A stretch of 64,000 nucleotides of DNA. Source: Gammaproteobacteria bacterium. GTDB taxonomy: Bacteria; Pseudomonadota; Gammaproteobacteria; JAABTG01. The notes under the pieces are model-generated. The model was not told where the DNA came from and did no database searches. It saw nothing but the letters and a program-made list of their open reading frames with translations. Below are positions 1-12,474 of this stretch, piece by piece (position 1 is the first letter of the stretch; each line of letters opens with the position of its first letter). The stretch lies in NCBI GenBank assembly GCA_017999615.1, contig JAGNLM010000001.1:614739-678738 (forward strand), written 5' to 3'. The position numbers and the translations under genes were made by a program.

Positions 1-100
1 CGGCCCTCTATGCTCCACTTATGATAACCCGCCCCGGTGGACCCGATCCCACCGACGGCCCCTTTCGGCCGCAGCCCTGGCTCCCAACGAGAACCCATCC

Positions 101-919
101 GTGAGCGATAGAGAACGAACCCAGAACCTGGCCGTCTTCTGCGATTTCGAGAACGTGGCACTCGGCGTGCGCGACGCCAAGTACGCGAAGTTCGACATGC
201 AGAAGGTGCTCGAACGCCTGCTCCTGAAGGGCAGCATCGTCGTGAAGAAGGCCTACTGCGACTGGGAGCGGTACAAGGAGTTCAAGGCCTCGATGCACGA
301 GGCGTCCTTCGAGCTTATCGAGATCCCGCACGTGCGCATGTCGGGCAAGAACTCCGCCGACATCCGGCTCGTGGTGGACGCGCTCGACCTCTGCTACACG
401 AAATCCCACGTCGACACGTTCGTCATCATCAGCGGGGATTCGGATTTCTCGCCCCTGGTCAGCAAGCTGCGGGAGAACAACAAGGCGGTCATCGGCGTGG
501 GGGTGAAGAAGTCCACCTCCGACCTGCTCATCGCCAACTGCGACGAGTTCATCTATTACGACGACCTGGTGCGCGAGAGCGAGAAGCAGCGCAGGACGCG
601 TAAGAAACCCGTGGCGAAGGCCGCGCCCACCGAGCCGGCCCCGGTCCCCAGCGAGGAGGACAAGCAGCAGCAGGCGCTCGACCTGGTCATGGAGATCGTC
701 GAGTCGCTCTTCGAAGAGCGGGGGGACGAGGAGAAGGTCTGGGGGTCCATGATCAAGCAGACCCTCAAGCGCCGGCGGCCGGGCTTCAACGAGGCCTATC
801 ACGGCTTCCGGACCTTCGGCAAGCTGCTGGAGGAGGCGCAGGCGCGGGGCCTGCTCGGCCTCGAGCTCGACGAGAAGTCCGGGGGCTACATCATCCGGCG
901 CCCCAGTCAGGGCGACTGA
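101..919 (+). CDS. NYN-domain (LabA-like, PIN-fold) protein with C-terminal OST-HTH/LOTUS domain
   Basis: N-terminal motifs LAVFCDFENV ... IISGDSDFSPLV typical of NYN/LabA nucleases; C-terminal VWGSMIKQ..RRPGFNEAYHGFRTFGKLL resembles OST-HTH RNA-binding domain. Confidence 0.6.
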   Translation: MSDRERTQNLAVFCDFENVALGVRDAKYAKFDMQKVLERLLLKGSIVVKKAYCDWERYKEFKASMHEASFELIEIPHVRMSGKNSADIRLVVDALDLCYTKSHVDTFVIISGDSDFSPLVSKLRENNKAVIGVGVKKSTSDLLIANCDEFIYYDDLVRESEKQRRTRKKPVAKAAPTEPAPVPSEEDKQQQALDLVMEIVESLFEERGDEEKVWGSMIKQTLKRRRPGFNEAYHGFRTFGKLLEEAQARGLLGLELDEKSGGYIIRRPSQGD

Positions 920-960
920 CGTATAATCCGGGGCAGGGCCGCCCACGACCGCGATCCCCT

Positions 961-1045
961 GCGAAAGTGGCGGAATCGGTAGACGCGCTGGATTTAGGTT
1001 CCAGTGGGGCAACCCGTGAGAGTTCGAGTCTCTCCTTTCGCACCA
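961..1045 (+). tRNA. tRNA-Leu (anticodon UAG)
   Basis: GCGAAAG acceptor stem pairing with CTTTCGC + ACCA; anticodon stem CTGGA/TCCAG with loop TTTAGGT (U33, TAG at 34-36, G37); long variable arm typical of Leu. Confidence 0.85.
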
Positions 1046-1221
1046 AGCTCCTGCCCCTGGTGCGTCCAGGGCGGGCGGCCCGTGCGCTGCCGCGCGCGGG
1101 CCGGCGGCACGCCAGTTACCATCCCTCCCCAGGGTTGAAGGGCCCCGGGAACGGGGCGAATCTCGCGGGGCGCGGGGGCGCCTCGCGTCCAGTCACGTGG
1201 AAGTGTCTCTGAGGTAGCGAC

Positions 1222-2541
1222 ATGCAGGTCACAGTGGAAGCGACGGGAAGCCTAGAGCGGCGGATGACGGTCGAGGTGCCGGAGGAGCGGATTGCCTCGG
1301 AGGTGCAGAGCCGGTTGCGAAGACTGGGCAAGACGGCCCGGATCCACGGCTTCCGTCCAGGCAAGGCGCCACCGCCGGTCGTGGAGCGCAGCTACGGGCG
1401 GCAGGTCCGGGACGAGGTCGTGGGGGAGATCCTGCGCTCGAGCTTCGCCGACGCCGTCGCCCAGAACTCCCTGGCGCCCGCGGGCGGGCCGACCATCCAC
1501 GAGCTGGCGGCGGCCCCTGGGCAGGGGCTCTCCTACACCGCCGTGTTCGAGGTGTACCCGAAGCTGAGCTTGCCGGACCTGAAGGAGCTCAAGGTCAGTC
1601 GTCCCGTTGCCGAGGTAAAGGAACAGGACGTGGACCAGATGATCCTGACCCTGCGCCGGCAGCGGCAGACCTGGCGGGTGGTCGACCGTGGGGCCCAGAC
1701 GGGCGACCGCGTGGTGCTCGACTACGAGGGCTCGGTGGACGGGGCGCCTCTGGAGGGCAATGCGGGCAAAGAGGTGCCCGTGGAGCTGGGCACCCACCGG
1801 CTGGTCGGGGAGATCGAGGAGCGCCTCGCCGGAATCCGGGCGGGCGAGGAGCGTGAGGTCACCGTGGACTTCCCGGCCGACCATCGCAACGCCTCGGCCG
1901 CGGGCAAGACGGTGTTCTTCAAGATCACCGCCCACAGGGTCGAGGAGCCGCAGCTGCCGGAGATGGACGAGGGCTTCTTCGCCAGCTTCGGGGTCGCCGA
2001 TGGGGGTGAGGCTGCCCTGCGCCGCGAGGTGCGGGAGAACATGGAGCGCGAGTTGCGCGAGAACCTTCAGGGCCGGGTCAAGACGGCGGTGATGGACGGC
2101 CTGCTGGCCGCCATTCCGCTGGATGTCCCCAAGGTCCTGGTGGACTCCGAGGCCCAGGCCCTTCGGCGCCAGGCCCAGGAAGGCCTGGTCCAGGGCCGCG
2201 GCGGGGCGCCGGCCCTGGAGCTGCCGCTGACGCTGTTCGAGGACCAGGCGCGGCGGCGGGTCGCTCTCGGCATGATCCTGTCGGAGGTCGTGCGTGCGAA
2301 CGAGCTCAAGGTCGACCCCGAGCGGGTTCGCGCCCGGGTGGCGTCCATCGCCTCGACCTATCAGGAGCCAGAGGAAGTGGTGCGGTGGTATTATTCCGAC
2401 AAGCGCCGTCTGGCCGACGCGGAGAACGTCGTGTTGGAGGACCAGGTGGTCGACTGGATCCTCGAGCGGGCACAGGTCACGGATTCGCCCACGACGTTTG
2501 ACGCCGTGATGAAGCCTGGGCAGACTCCCGGCGGAGGCTGA
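1222..2541 (+). CDS. tig: trigger factor (ribosome-associated PPIase chaperone)
   Basis: 439-aa ORF beginning [28 protein letters not shown], canonical trigger factor N-terminus; immediately upstream of clpP-clpX-lon as in E. coli. Confidence 0.95.
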   Translation: MQVTVEATGSLERRMTVEVPEERIASEVQSRLRRLGKTARIHGFRPGKAPPPVVERSYGRQVRDEVVGEILRSSFADAVAQNSLAPAGGPTIHELAAAPGQGLSYTAVFEVYPKLSLPDLKELKVSRPVAEVKEQDVDQMILTLRRQRQTWRVVDRGAQTGDRVVLDYEGSVDGAPLEGNAGKEVPVELGTHRLVGEIEERLAGIRAGEEREVTVDFPADHRNASAAGKTVFFKITAHRVEEPQLPEMDEGFFASFGVADGGEAALRREVRENMERELRENLQGRVKTAVMDGLLAAIPLDVPKVLVDSEAQALRRQAQEGLVQGRGGAPALELPLTLFEDQARRRVALGMILSEVVRANELKVDPERVRARVASIASTYQEPEEVVRWYYSDKRRLADAENVVLEDQVVDWILERAQVTDSPTTFDAVMKPGQTPGGG

Positions 2542-2548
2542 ACGCGAA

Positions 2549-3190
2549 ATGCCACACTTTGCTGACCGCGCCAGCGGTCCGGAAGAGCGGGCGCTGAACC
2601 TCGTCCCCATCGTCGTCGAGCAGTCGGCGCGGGGCGAGCGTGCCTACGACATCTACTCCCGCCTCCTCAAGGAGCGCGTCGTTTTCCTGGTTGGGCCCGT
2701 GGAAGACCACGTGGCGAACGTGATCATCGCCCAACTCCTGTTCCTCGAGTCGGACAATCCGGACAAGGACATCCACCTCTACATCAACTCCCCCGGTGGG
2801 CTGGTGAGCGCGGGTCTCGCGATCTACGACACGATGCAGTTCATCAAGCCGGACGTGAGCACGATGTGCGTCGGGCAGGCGGCCAGCATGGGCGCGCTGC
2901 TCCTGGCGGGTGGCGCCAAGGGCAAGCGCTACGCGCTGCCGCACTCGAGGATCATGATTCACCAACCGCTCGGTGGTTTTCAGGGCCAAGCAACGGACGT
3001 CGACATTCACGCGCGGGAGATCCTCAAGACCCGGGAGCGCCTGAACGAGATACTGTCCCGCCACACGGGCCAGCCCCTGGAGCGGATTCGGCAGGACACC
3101 GACCGCGACTTCTTCATGGGTGGGACCGAGGCCGTGGAGTACGGCCTCATCGACGGGGTCCTGAGCCGGCGCGAGTCCCCGGCGAAGTAG
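2549..3190 (+). CDS. clpP: ATP-dependent Clp protease proteolytic subunit
   Basis: Highly conserved ClpP sequence ([44 protein letters not shown]). Confidence 0.95.
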   Translation: MPHFADRASGPEERALNLVPIVVEQSARGERAYDIYSRLLKERVVFLVGPVEDHVANVIIAQLLFLESDNPDKDIHLYINSPGGLVSAGLAIYDTMQFIKPDVSTMCVGQAASMGALLLAGGAKGKRYALPHSRIMIHQPLGGFQGQATDVDIHAREILKTRERLNEILSRHTGQPLERIRQDTDRDFFMGGTEAVEYGLIDGVLSRRESPAK

Positions 3191-3242
3191 GCGAGCCAGG
3201 GTGCGCGGGTTCCGTCGCCGACGTCTGGAAGCGAGGTAGCGT

Positions 3243-4526
<1,284 letters not shown>

Positions 4527-4539
4527 GAGGCAGGCTTCC

Positions 4540-6990
4540 GTGGTCGAATCCAACAAGCCGTCCGAGGTGGTGGAACCGACACTGGGGAGTCCGGTACTGC
4601 CCCTGCGGGACGTCGTCGTCTACCCGCACATGGTCATCCCCCTGTTCGTGGGGCGCGACAAGTCCATCCGCGCACTCGAGCGGGCGATGGAGGAGAACAA
4701 GCAGATCCTGCTGGTTGCGCAGAAGAGTGCGGCACAGGACAACCCGACCACCGACGACATCTACCGCATCGGAACGCTCTCTACGATCCTCCAGCTGCTG
4801 AAGCTTCCGGACGGCACCGTCAAGGTGCTCGTGGAAGGGGTCAAGCGGGCGCGGATCGTCCATTTCCTCGGGGAGGACGAGTACTTTTTCGCGCAGGTTC
4901 GGGTCCTCGAGGCTCAGGAGACCGACGAGCGTGAGGGTGAAGCCCTCAGCCGCTCGGTGCTGACGCAGTTCGAGCAGTACGTGAAGTTGAACCGCAAGGT
5001 TCCGCCCGAGATCCTGGCGTCCCTGTCGTCCATCGAGTCTCCGGGGCGGTTGGCGGACACCGTGGCCGCGCACCTTGCGGTGAAGCTCGATCAGAAGCAG
5101 AAGATCCTCGAGATCGAGGATACGCGCGAGCGGATGGAGGCGCTGATCGGGCTGCTGGAGACCGAGATCGATCTGCTTCAGGTGGAGAAGCGCATCCGCG
5201 GCCGCGTGAAGAAGCAGATGGAGAAGAGCCAGCGCGAGTACTATCTGAACGAGCAGATGAAGGCCATCCAGAAGGAACTGGGGGACCTGGACGAGGCTCC
5301 GAACGAGATTGAGGAACTCGGCAAGAAGATCGAGCAGGCGGGCATGACGCGGGAGGCCAGGGACAAGGCCGTGGGCGAACTGAACAAACTGAAGATGATG
5401 TCACCGATGTCGGCCGAGGCGACCGTCGTCCGGAACTACATCGACTGGCTCGTCAACGTGCCCTGGAAGAAGAGGAGCAAGATCCGCTTCGACCTGGGCG
5501 CCGCCGAGGCGGTTCTGAACGAGGACCACTACGGCCTGGAGAAGGTGAAGGAGCGCATCCTCGAGTACCTTGCGGTGCAGCAGCGCGTCAAGAAGCTGAA
5601 GGGCCCGATCCTCTGCCTGGTGGGCCCACCGGGGGTGGGCAAGACGTCCATCGGACGCTCGATCGCGCGGGCCACGAATCGCAAGTTCGTGCGCATGTCG
5701 CTCGGGGGCGTGCGGGACGAGGCGGAGATCCGCGGCCACCGGCGCACGTACATCGGGGCGCTGCCGGGGAAGATCCTCCAGAACCTTGCGAAGTCCGGTG
5801 TGCGCAACCCTCTCTATCTGCTCGATGAAGTCGACAAGATGTCGATGGATTTCCGGGGAGACCCGGCGTCGGCCCTGCTGGAGGTCCTGGACCCGGAGCA
5901 GAACAACTCGTTCAACGACCATTACCTGGAGGTCGACTACGACCTGTCCGAGGTGATGTTCGTCACCACGGCGAACACGCTGAACATCCCGCCGCCGCTG
6001 CTCGACCGGATGGAGGTCATCCGGCTCTCGGGCTACACGGAGCACGAGAAGCTCAACATCGCCACCCGCTACCTTATCCCGAAGCAGATCAAGAACAACG
6101 GCCTCACGGAGGCCGAGCTCAGGATTACTGACAGCGCGATCCGCGACATCGTCCGCTTCTATACGCGAGAGGCTGGCGTGCGCAACCTCGAGCGCGAGAT
6201 CGCCAAGATCGCGCGCAAGGTGGTGAAGGAGCTGGTGCGGACTCCCGGGCGCCGAAAGGTCACGGTGAGCGCGCGCAATCTCGAGACCTATCTCGGGGTC
6301 AAGCGCTACCGCTACGGCAAGGTAGAGGCGCAGGACCGGATCGGTGAGGTGACCGGGCTCGCCTGGACCGAGGTCGGCGGGGACCTCTTGACCATCGAGG
6401 CCGCGGTGATGCCCGGAAAGGGCAAGCTCATCCACACCGGGCAGCTGGGCGACGTGATGCAGGAGTCGATCCAGGCCGCGATGACGGTGGTGCGAAGTCG
6501 CTGCAAGAGCCTCGGTGTGGATCCCGACTTCTACCAGAAGCACGACATCCACATCCACGTGCCGGAGGGCGCGACCCCGAAGGACGGCCCGAGCGCGGGT
6601 ATCGGCATGTGCACGGCCCTGGTCTCTGTGCTGACGGGGATCCCCGTGCGATCGGACGTGGCGATGACGGGCGAGATCACGCTGCGGGGAGAGGTTCTGC
6701 CCATTGGCGGGTTGAAGGAGAAACTCCTGGCCGCCCTGCGGGGGGGGTTGCGGACGGTCCTGATACCGGAGGAAAACCGTCGGGACCTCACGGAGATCCC
6801 CGCCACCATCAAGCAGCACCTGGAGATCAGGCCGGTCAAGTGGATCGACGAGGTGCTGGGGATGGCCTTGCTCCATCTGCCTCAGCCCATGGAGGCGGAG
6901 AAGCTGGAGCCTCCTCCCGAGGCGCCCGTCGCGAAGCGCGAGGGCAAGGCGGCCGGCAGGAAGCGGGGCGGGGTGGCGACGACGCATTGA
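4540..6990 (+). CDS. lon: Lon protease (ATP-dependent serine endopeptidase La)
   Basis: Near-identity to the E. coli Lon N-terminus [21 protein letters not shown], Walker [10 protein letters not shown], catalytic region [11 protein letters not shown] opens at 4495 inside clpX, so I chose the in-frame GTG at 4540; the start is uncertain. Confidence 0.9.
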   Translation: MVESNKPSEVVEPTLGSPVLPLRDVVVYPHMVIPLFVGRDKSIRALERAMEENKQILLVAQKSAAQDNPTTDDIYRIGTLSTILQLLKLPDGTVKVLVEGVKRARIVHFLGEDEYFFAQVRVLEAQETDEREGEALSRSVLTQFEQYVKLNRKVPPEILASLSSIESPGRLADTVAAHLAVKLDQKQKILEIEDTRERMEALIGLLETEIDLLQVEKRIRGRVKKQMEKSQREYYLNEQMKAIQKELGDLDEAPNEIEELGKKIEQAGMTREARDKAVGELNKLKMMSPMSAEATVVRNYIDWLVNVPWKKRSKIRFDLGAAEAVLNEDHYGLEKVKERILEYLAVQQRVKKLKGPILCLVGPPGVGKTSIGRSIARATNRKFVRMSLGGVRDEAEIRGHRRTYIGALPGKILQNLAKSGVRNPLYLLDEVDKMSMDFRGDPASALLEVLDPEQNNSFNDHYLEVDYDLSEVMFVTTANTLNIPPPLLDRMEVIRLSGYTEHEKLNIATRYLIPKQIKNNGLTEAELRITDSAIRDIVRFYTREAGVRNLEREIAKIARKVVKELVRTPGRRKVTVSARNLETYLGVKRYRYGKVEAQDRIGEVTGLAWTEVGGDLLTIEAAVMPGKGKLIHTGQLGDVMQESIQAAMTVVRSRCKSLGVDPDFYQKHDIHIHVPEGATPKDGPSAGIGMCTALVSVLTGIPVRSDVAMTGEITLRGEVLPIGGLKEKLLAALRGGLRTVLIPEENRRDLTEIPATIKQHLEIRPVKWIDEVLGMALLHLPQPMEAEKLEPPPEAPVAKREGKAAGRKRGGVATTH

Positions 6991-7053
6991 GCCGGCGGTG
7001 GTGGCGACGCCCCTTCGCCGGCGTGGTCACGCGGGGCGGGGAGGGCGCATTTC

Positions 7054-7083
7054 TTGACACTCTCGGAAGGCTGTTGGTATAAG
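7054..7083 (+). promoter_or_regulatory. candidate sigma70 promoter for hupB (TTGACA, 18-nt spacer, TATAAG)
   Basis: TTGACA at 7054-7059 and TATAAG at 7078-7083, about 85 bp upstream of the hupB start; sequence pattern only. Confidence 0.35.
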
Positions 7084-7167
7084 CCCCGTTCGTCCAGGGT
7101 GACGGTCTAGAGTCCCGGGGACGGTCGAAGAGCCAGCAGCTGCCATAACGAACGATGGGGGATCCGA

Positions 7168-7440
7168 ATGAACAAGGCAGAACTGATTGACGCGGTCGCG
7201 GCCGACGCGGACATCTCGAAGGCCTCCGCCGCCCGGGCGGTCGACTCTATGGTCGCCGCCATCACCAGCGCCCTCAAGTCCGGGGAGAGCGTGACGCTGG
7301 TGGGTTTCGGGACGTTTTCGGTGCGGGAGCGGCCTGCCCGCTCGGGCCGCAATCCGCGGACGGGGGAGACGATCCAGATCGACGCCTCCTCGACGCCAGT
7401 GTTCAAGGCTGGCAAGGCCCTCAAGGATGCGGTAAATTGA
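7168..7440 (+). CDS. hupB: DNA-binding protein HU-beta
   Basis: 90-aa [11 protein letters not shown]...[24 protein letters not shown], the classic HU/IHF fold signature; lon-hupB synteny. Confidence 0.9.
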   Translation: MNKAELIDAVAADADISKASAARAVDSMVAAITSALKSGESVTLVGFGTFSVRERPARSGRNPRTGETIQIDASSTPVFKAGKALKDAVN

Positions 7441-7452
7441 CGCTATGCCTTG

Positions 7453-7528
7453 GGGTGCTTAGCTCAGCTGGGAGAGCATCGCCCTTACAAGGCGAGGGTC
7501 GGGGGTTCGAGCCCCTCAGCACCCACCA
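7453..7528 (+). tRNA. tRNA-Val (anticodon UAC)
   Basis: GGGTGCT.../...AGCACCC ACCA acceptor stem, anticodon stem TCGCC/GGCGA with loop CTTACAA, T-arm GGTTCGAGCCC. Confidence 0.85.
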
Positions 7529-7537
7529 GCCTGTCTC

Positions 7538-7614
7538 GGAGTGGTAGTTCAGCTGGTTAGAATACCGGCTTGTCACGCCGGGGGTCGCGGGTTCGAATCC
7601 CGTCCACTCCGCCA
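7538..7614 (+). tRNA. tRNA-Asp (anticodon GUC)
   Basis: GGAGTGG.../...CCACTCC GCCA acceptor stem, anticodon stem CCGGC/GCCGG with loop TTGTCAC, T-arm GGTTCGAATCC. Confidence 0.85.
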
Positions 7615-7625
7615 ATACCTGACCG

Positions 7626-7659
7626 GGGGTGTGCCAGAACGGCACACCCCTTTTGGTTT
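7626..7659 (+). terminator. rho-independent terminator after the tRNA-Val/Asp pair
   Basis: Perfect 10-bp stem GGGGTGTGCC / GGCACACCCC with loop AGAAC, followed by TTTTGGTTT. Confidence 0.6.
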
Positions 7660-7736
7660 GGGGGTCCAGCCGCAGGGGGGCCGTGGGCCGCTCCGGCAGC
7701 GGGACCGCCAGGCCGCCGTTCCACAGGGGTCTTGCC

Positions 7737-9317
7737 ATGCTGCTAGAGGACATCCGGAGCTGGGCCCACTCCTGGCTCATGACGATCCTGCTGGTGATGA
7801 TCATCGTCCCCTTCGCCTTCTGGGGCATCAACCAGTACTTCCACGGCGGCGGCTCGATGGTCGTGGCCGAGGTGGACGGCACCCCGATCGGGGTGAGGGA
7901 GTTCCAGCAGGCTCTGCAGCAGCAGCGTTATCGCCTTCAGACGGTCATGGGGAGCGGTCTCGAGTTGGACGAGGCCGCCGAAGACCGCCTGAAGCGCGAG
8001 ACCCTGAACGGGATGGTCGAGGAGTCGGTGCTGGTCGACCGGGCGACCCGCAAGGGAATGACGGTGGGTGACGAGCATCTCGCCACGCTCATCCACGCGC
8101 AGCAGGCCTTTCAGTCCAACGGGCAATTCTCCCGCGACCGGTACGAAGCCTGGCTCCACCGCCAGGGCTACGCCCCCGGAGGGTTCGAGCAGAGCTTCCG
8201 TCGATCGCTGGTCATCCGGCAACTGCAACAAGGGGTCGTCGAGGCCGCCTTCCTGACAGGGGCCGAGCGCGAGCGGCTCGAGCGCCTCCAGGGGCAGCGG
8301 CGGAGCTTCGCGTACCTGGTCATCCCGGCCGCGCGCTACCGGGGCCAGGTGCAGGTGAGCGACGAGCAGGTGCAGGAGTTCTATCGCGAGCACCAGTCCG
8401 ATTTCCTCTCGCCCGAGCAGGTCGACGCCGAGTACGTGGAGGTGTCGCGCGAAGCGCTGGCCGCCGGCGTGGGAGTCTCCGAGGAGGAGCTCCGGCAACG
8501 CTACGACTCCCAGCGCGCGAGCTTCGGCGATCGCTCCTTCGAGGACGTGCGGGCCACGCTCCTGCGCGAGGTCCAACTCGAGCGTTCGGAGGCGCCCTAC
8601 TTCGAGCAGGGGGAGCGGCTCGCCAACCTTGCCTTCGAGCACCCGGACTCTCTGGAGCCCGCGGCCAAGGCGCTGGGGCTCGAGGTTCTCAGCACCGGTT
8701 TCTTCTCCCGCAAGGGCGGGGAGGGCATCGCGGTGGAGCCCCGCTTCGCCTCCGCTGCCTTCGCTGAAGAGGTGTTCCAGCAGGGGCACAACTCGGAGCC
8801 GGTGGAGTTGTCCGGGGGGCGTGTCATCGTGCTGCGTGCCCGGGACGTCCGGCCTGCGGTTCAGCGCTCCCTGGACGAGGTCCGCGCGCAGATCGTCGAG
8901 CGGCTGACCGCTCGGGCGGCGACGGAACGGGCCGAGGCCGCGGCACGAGCGGTCGCGCAGGAACTGCAAGGGGGCCTCGATCGCACCGAGCTGGCGCGGC
9001 GCGAGGGCCTGGAGTGGGTGGAGGTGGTCGAGGGCAAACGTCGCGCGAGCGGCATCGACCCGGCGATCACCGCCCGTGTCTTCCAACTGCCGAAGCCGGT
9101 CGCGGAGCAACGGGTCTTTGGCACCACCCCGGTCGCCAACGGGGATGCCGCGGTGATCGCGCTGCAGTCGGTCCTCGACGGAGAGCCTGCCGCGAAGAAG
9201 GCGGGCGCGCCCGCGGACCGCATCCTCGATCAGGCCTATGGCCAGGCGACGTACGATTCCCTGGTCGAGACCCTGCGGACGGGCGCGAGCGTCGAGGTTT
9301 ACAACGACCGGCTCTGA
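7737..9317 (+). CDS. ppiD: periplasmic folding chaperone / peptidyl-prolyl isomerase PpiD (SurA-N domain, membrane anchored)
   Basis: MLLEDIRSWAHSWLMTILLVMIIVPFAFWGINQYF membrane anchor followed by SurA-like chaperone region; hupB-ppiD synteny as in E. coli. Start taken at ATG 7737 inside the longer listed ORF. Confidence 0.8.
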   Translation: MLLEDIRSWAHSWLMTILLVMIIVPFAFWGINQYFHGGGSMVVAEVDGTPIGVREFQQALQQQRYRLQTVMGSGLELDEAAEDRLKRETLNGMVEESVLVDRATRKGMTVGDEHLATLIHAQQAFQSNGQFSRDRYEAWLHRQGYAPGGFEQSFRRSLVIRQLQQGVVEAAFLTGAERERLERLQGQRRSFAYLVIPAARYRGQVQVSDEQVQEFYREHQSDFLSPEQVDAEYVEVSREALAAGVGVSEEELRQRYDSQRASFGDRSFEDVRATLLREVQLERSEAPYFEQGERLANLAFEHPDSLEPAAKALGLEVLSTGFFSRKGGEGIAVEPRFASAAFAEEVFQQGHNSEPVELSGGRVIVLRARDVRPAVQRSLDEVRAQIVERLTARAATERAEAAARAVAQELQGGLDRTELARREGLEWVEVVEGKRRASGIDPAITARVFQLPKPVAEQRVFGTTPVANGDAAVIALQSVLDGEPAAKKAGAPADRILDQAYGQATYDSLVETLRTGASVEVYNDRL

Positions 9318-9413
9318 GGCCTGCGGCGGTCCGGGACACCGGGCTACAGAGTCCGTCTCTGGAGCCCGGTTCCGGCGCGGGCGTCAGGCGGCGGCGCGGG
9401 CGTCAGGCGGGAG

Positions 9414-10202
9414 TCAGAGCGGGCCGGAGCCCATCGCTGTGACGTGGAATCCGCTGTCCACGTACACGACGTCTCCGGTCACCCCCGCGGCCAGGTCGGA
9501 GCAGAGGAAGGCCGCGACGTTTCCGACCTCTTCGATCGTGACGTTGCGCCGCAGCGGGGTGTTGCGCTCGCTGTAGTCCAGGAGACGCCGGAAGTCGCTG
9601 ATCCCGGCGGCGGCGAGCGTGCGGATGGGACCCGCGGACACGGCGTTCACCCGGATCCCCTCGGGGCCCAGGTTGTCCGCCATGTAGCGCACCGTCGCCT
9701 CCAGGCTCGCCTTGGCGATCCCCATGACGTTGTAGTGCGGCACGGCGCGTACCGCACCGAGATAGGTCATGGCAACGATCGCGGCCTTGCGCCCGCGCAT
9801 GAGTGGGCGCGCGCCCTTCGCGAGCGCGGCGAGACTGTAGGCGCTGATGTCCTGGGCGGTGCGGAACCCATCGCGGGTCACGGTGTCCAGAAAGTTGCCC
9901 TCGAGCTGCTCCTTTGGCGCGTAGGCGACCGAGTGCACCAGGATGTCGAGTGCGCCCCACTCGCGGCCGAGCCGGTCGAAGAGCGCCTGGATCTCCGCGT
10001 CGCTCGACACATCGCAGGGCAGGCACAGGTTGGAGCCGACCTCCGGCGCCAGGCTCTCGACCCGGTCCTTCAGCTTGTCGTTCTGGTAGGTGAACGCCAG
10101 GGTGGCGCCCTCACGGTGCATCGCCTGCGCGATCCCCCAGGCGATGGAGCGGTTGCTCGCGAGTCCGACGATCAGGCCGCGTTTCCCTTCGAGAAAACCC
10201 AT
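9414..10202 (-). CDS. fabI: enoyl-[acyl-carrier-protein] reductase (NADH) FabI
   Basis: [23 protein letters not shown] Rossmann N-terminus and catalytic Y-x6-K region of FabI short-chain dehydrogenase/reductase family enzymes; start set at MGFLEGK. Confidence 0.9.
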   Translation of the reverse strand: MGFLEGKRGLIVGLASNRSIAWGIAQAMHREGATLAFTYQNDKLKDRVESLAPEVGSNLCLPCDVSSDAEIQALFDRLGREWGALDILVHSVAYAPKEQLEGNFLDTVTRDGFRTAQDISAYSLAALAKGARPLMRGRKAAIVAMTYLGAVRAVPHYNVMGIAKASLEATVRYMADNLGPEGIRVNAVSAGPIRTLAAAGISDFRRLLDYSERNTPLRRNVTIEEVGNVAAFLCSDLAAGVTGDVVYVDSGFHVTAMGSGPL

Positions 10203-10273
10203 GGCGTTAGCCCCCGAGTGTGTGAGCATGCCGGCGAGTTATAATCGGTCGGCCCCCCAAAGGCAAACCTGCT

Positions 10274-12474
10274 TGGCGCCTCGTTCGCGCAGCTTTTTCG
10301 CTCTCTCCCCGCGGTGCCTGCGCCTGCTGGCGGGAGTGTGTTCCGCTGCCCTCGCGGGGTGCGGACCGCAGCCCTGGAACGATCCCTACCCGCGGGCACA
10401 GGCCGGCGGAAACGTCCTTTTCAGCTCCTTCTCCGAGCGCCCGAAGCACCTGGACCCGGTGCGCTCGTACAGCGAGAACGAATACGCGTTCATCGGCCAG
10501 ATCTACGAGCCGCCCCTCCAGTACCACTACCTCAAGCGCCCGTATCAACTGGTGCCCCTCACGGCCGCGGCCATGCCCGAGCCGGTCTATCGGGACGCGC
10601 AGGGGCGCACGCTTGCCCCGGACGCGCCGGCCGCGGCGGTCGCGCTCTCCGTGTACGAGGTGCGGATCCAGCCCGGGATCCTCTATCAGCCGCACCCCGC
10701 CTTCGCGCGTGACGAGGAGGGAAGGGCGCTGTACCTCGACCTGCCGCCCGGGGCGCTCGATCGGGTGCGCGGGTTGGGCGACTTTCCACGCACCGGCACG
10801 CGCGAGTTGGTGGCCGAGGACTACGTTCATCAGATCAAGCGCATGGCCCACCCGCGGCTCCACTCTCCGATTGCCGGCGTGATGGGTGAGTACATCGCGG
10901 GCCTCACCGGGTACGGCGAGTCCCTGCGCGCGGCCCTCGCCGGGCGTGAGCAAAGGGCGGGCGAGGGTGCCTTTCTCGATCTGCGGGAGTTTCCGGTCCC
11001 GGGTGCGGAGGTGGTGGATCGCTACACCTTCCGGATCACCGTGCGCGGGAAGTATCCCCAGTTCCTGTACTGGCTGGCGATGCCGTTCTTCGCCCCCATG
11101 CCCTGGGAGGTCGATCGCTTCTACGCGCAGCCCGGAATGGCGGAACGCAACCTCGTGCTGGACTGGTATCCGGTCGGCACGGGCCCCTACATGCTGGTGG
11201 AGAACAACCCGAACCGGCGCATGGTGCTGGTGCGCAACCCGAATTTTCGGGGCGAGCCGTACCCGGGAGAGGGCGAGCCCGAGGACCGGTCTCTCGGCCT
11301 GCTGGAAGACGCCGGCAAGCCCATGCCGTTCATCGAGCGCGCCGTCTACAGCCTGGAGAAGGAGGACATCCCCTATTGGAGCAAGTTCCTCCAGGGGTAC
11401 TACGACGCCTCCGGCATCACCTCCGACAGCTTCGACCAGGCGGTACGTCTCGGCAGCCAGGGCGACCCCGAGGTGACGGAGCGCCTGAGCGGGCAGGGCG
11501 TGCGCCTGGTGACGGCGGTGCGGGTCTCGACCTCGTACACGGGGTTCAACATGCTCGACCCCGTCGTCGGCGGCCACGGCGAGCCCGCGCGCCTCCTGCG
11601 CCGGGCCCTTTCCATCGTTGTCGACTTCGAGGAATTCATCTCCATCTTCGCCAACGGCCGGGGAGTCGCGGCGCAGGGGCCCGTTCCGCCCGGGATCTTC
11701 GGACACCGCGAGGGCAATGCCGGCGTCAACCCTTACGTCTATCTCTGGCGCGACGGCGGGGCCGCGCGCCGGGGTCTCGAGGAGGCGAAGCGGCTGCTGG
11801 CGCAGGCGGGCTTTCCCCACGGCCGCGATCAGGCGACCGGCAAGCCCCTGCTGCTGAATCTCGACACCACGGCCTCGGGCCCCGACGACAAGGCCCGGCT
11901 TGACTGGATGCGCAAGCAGTTCGCGAAGATCGGGGTGCAACTGGCGGTGCGCGCGACCGACTACAACCGGTTCCAGGAGAAGATGCGCAAGGGTACCGCG
12001 CAGATCTACCAGTGGGGATGGAACGCGGATTACCCCGACCCCGAGAATTTCCTCTTCCTGCTCTACGGGCCCAACGGGAAGGTGGAACACGGGGGGGAGA
12101 ATGCCTCCAATTACGCGAGCCCCGAGTTCGACCGCCTGTTCGAGGCGCTCAAGGATCTGGAGGACGGCCCCGAGCGCCAGGCCCTCATCGACCGTGCGGT
12201 GGAGGTCGCGCGCCGCGACGCACCTTGGATGTGGGGGCTGCACCCGAAGGCCTACTCCCTGCACCACGGCTGGTACTCGAACGTGAAGGTCAACCTGATG
12301 GCGAACAACACGCTGAAGTACCGCCGGGTCGACCCGGACCTGAGGGCCCGTCGTCTCGCCGAGTGGAACCGCCCCGTGCTCTGGCCGGTCGTGGCCGGCG
12401 GCGCCGCGGTCCTCCTTTCGCTCGTGCCGGCCATCGCGGGCTACCGGCGTCGCCAGCACCGGGGCGCCCTGTGA
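10274..12474 (+). CDS. ABC transporter substrate-binding protein, family 5 (peptide/opine type; YejA-like), lipoprotein
   Basis: Lipobox LLAGVCSAALAGC, then a long solute-binding family 5 fold; first gene of a four-gene ABC operon with overlapping stop/start codons. The ORF extends upstream into fabI, so I chose the TTG at 10274; the start is uncertain. Confidence 0.7.

Noticed and set aside
960-1050. tRNA-Leu as a genomic-island integration site
   Set aside because: No integrase, direct repeat of the tRNA 3' end, or compositional shift nearby. The same applies to the tRNA-Val/Asp pair, which sits in the conserved hupB-ppiD context.
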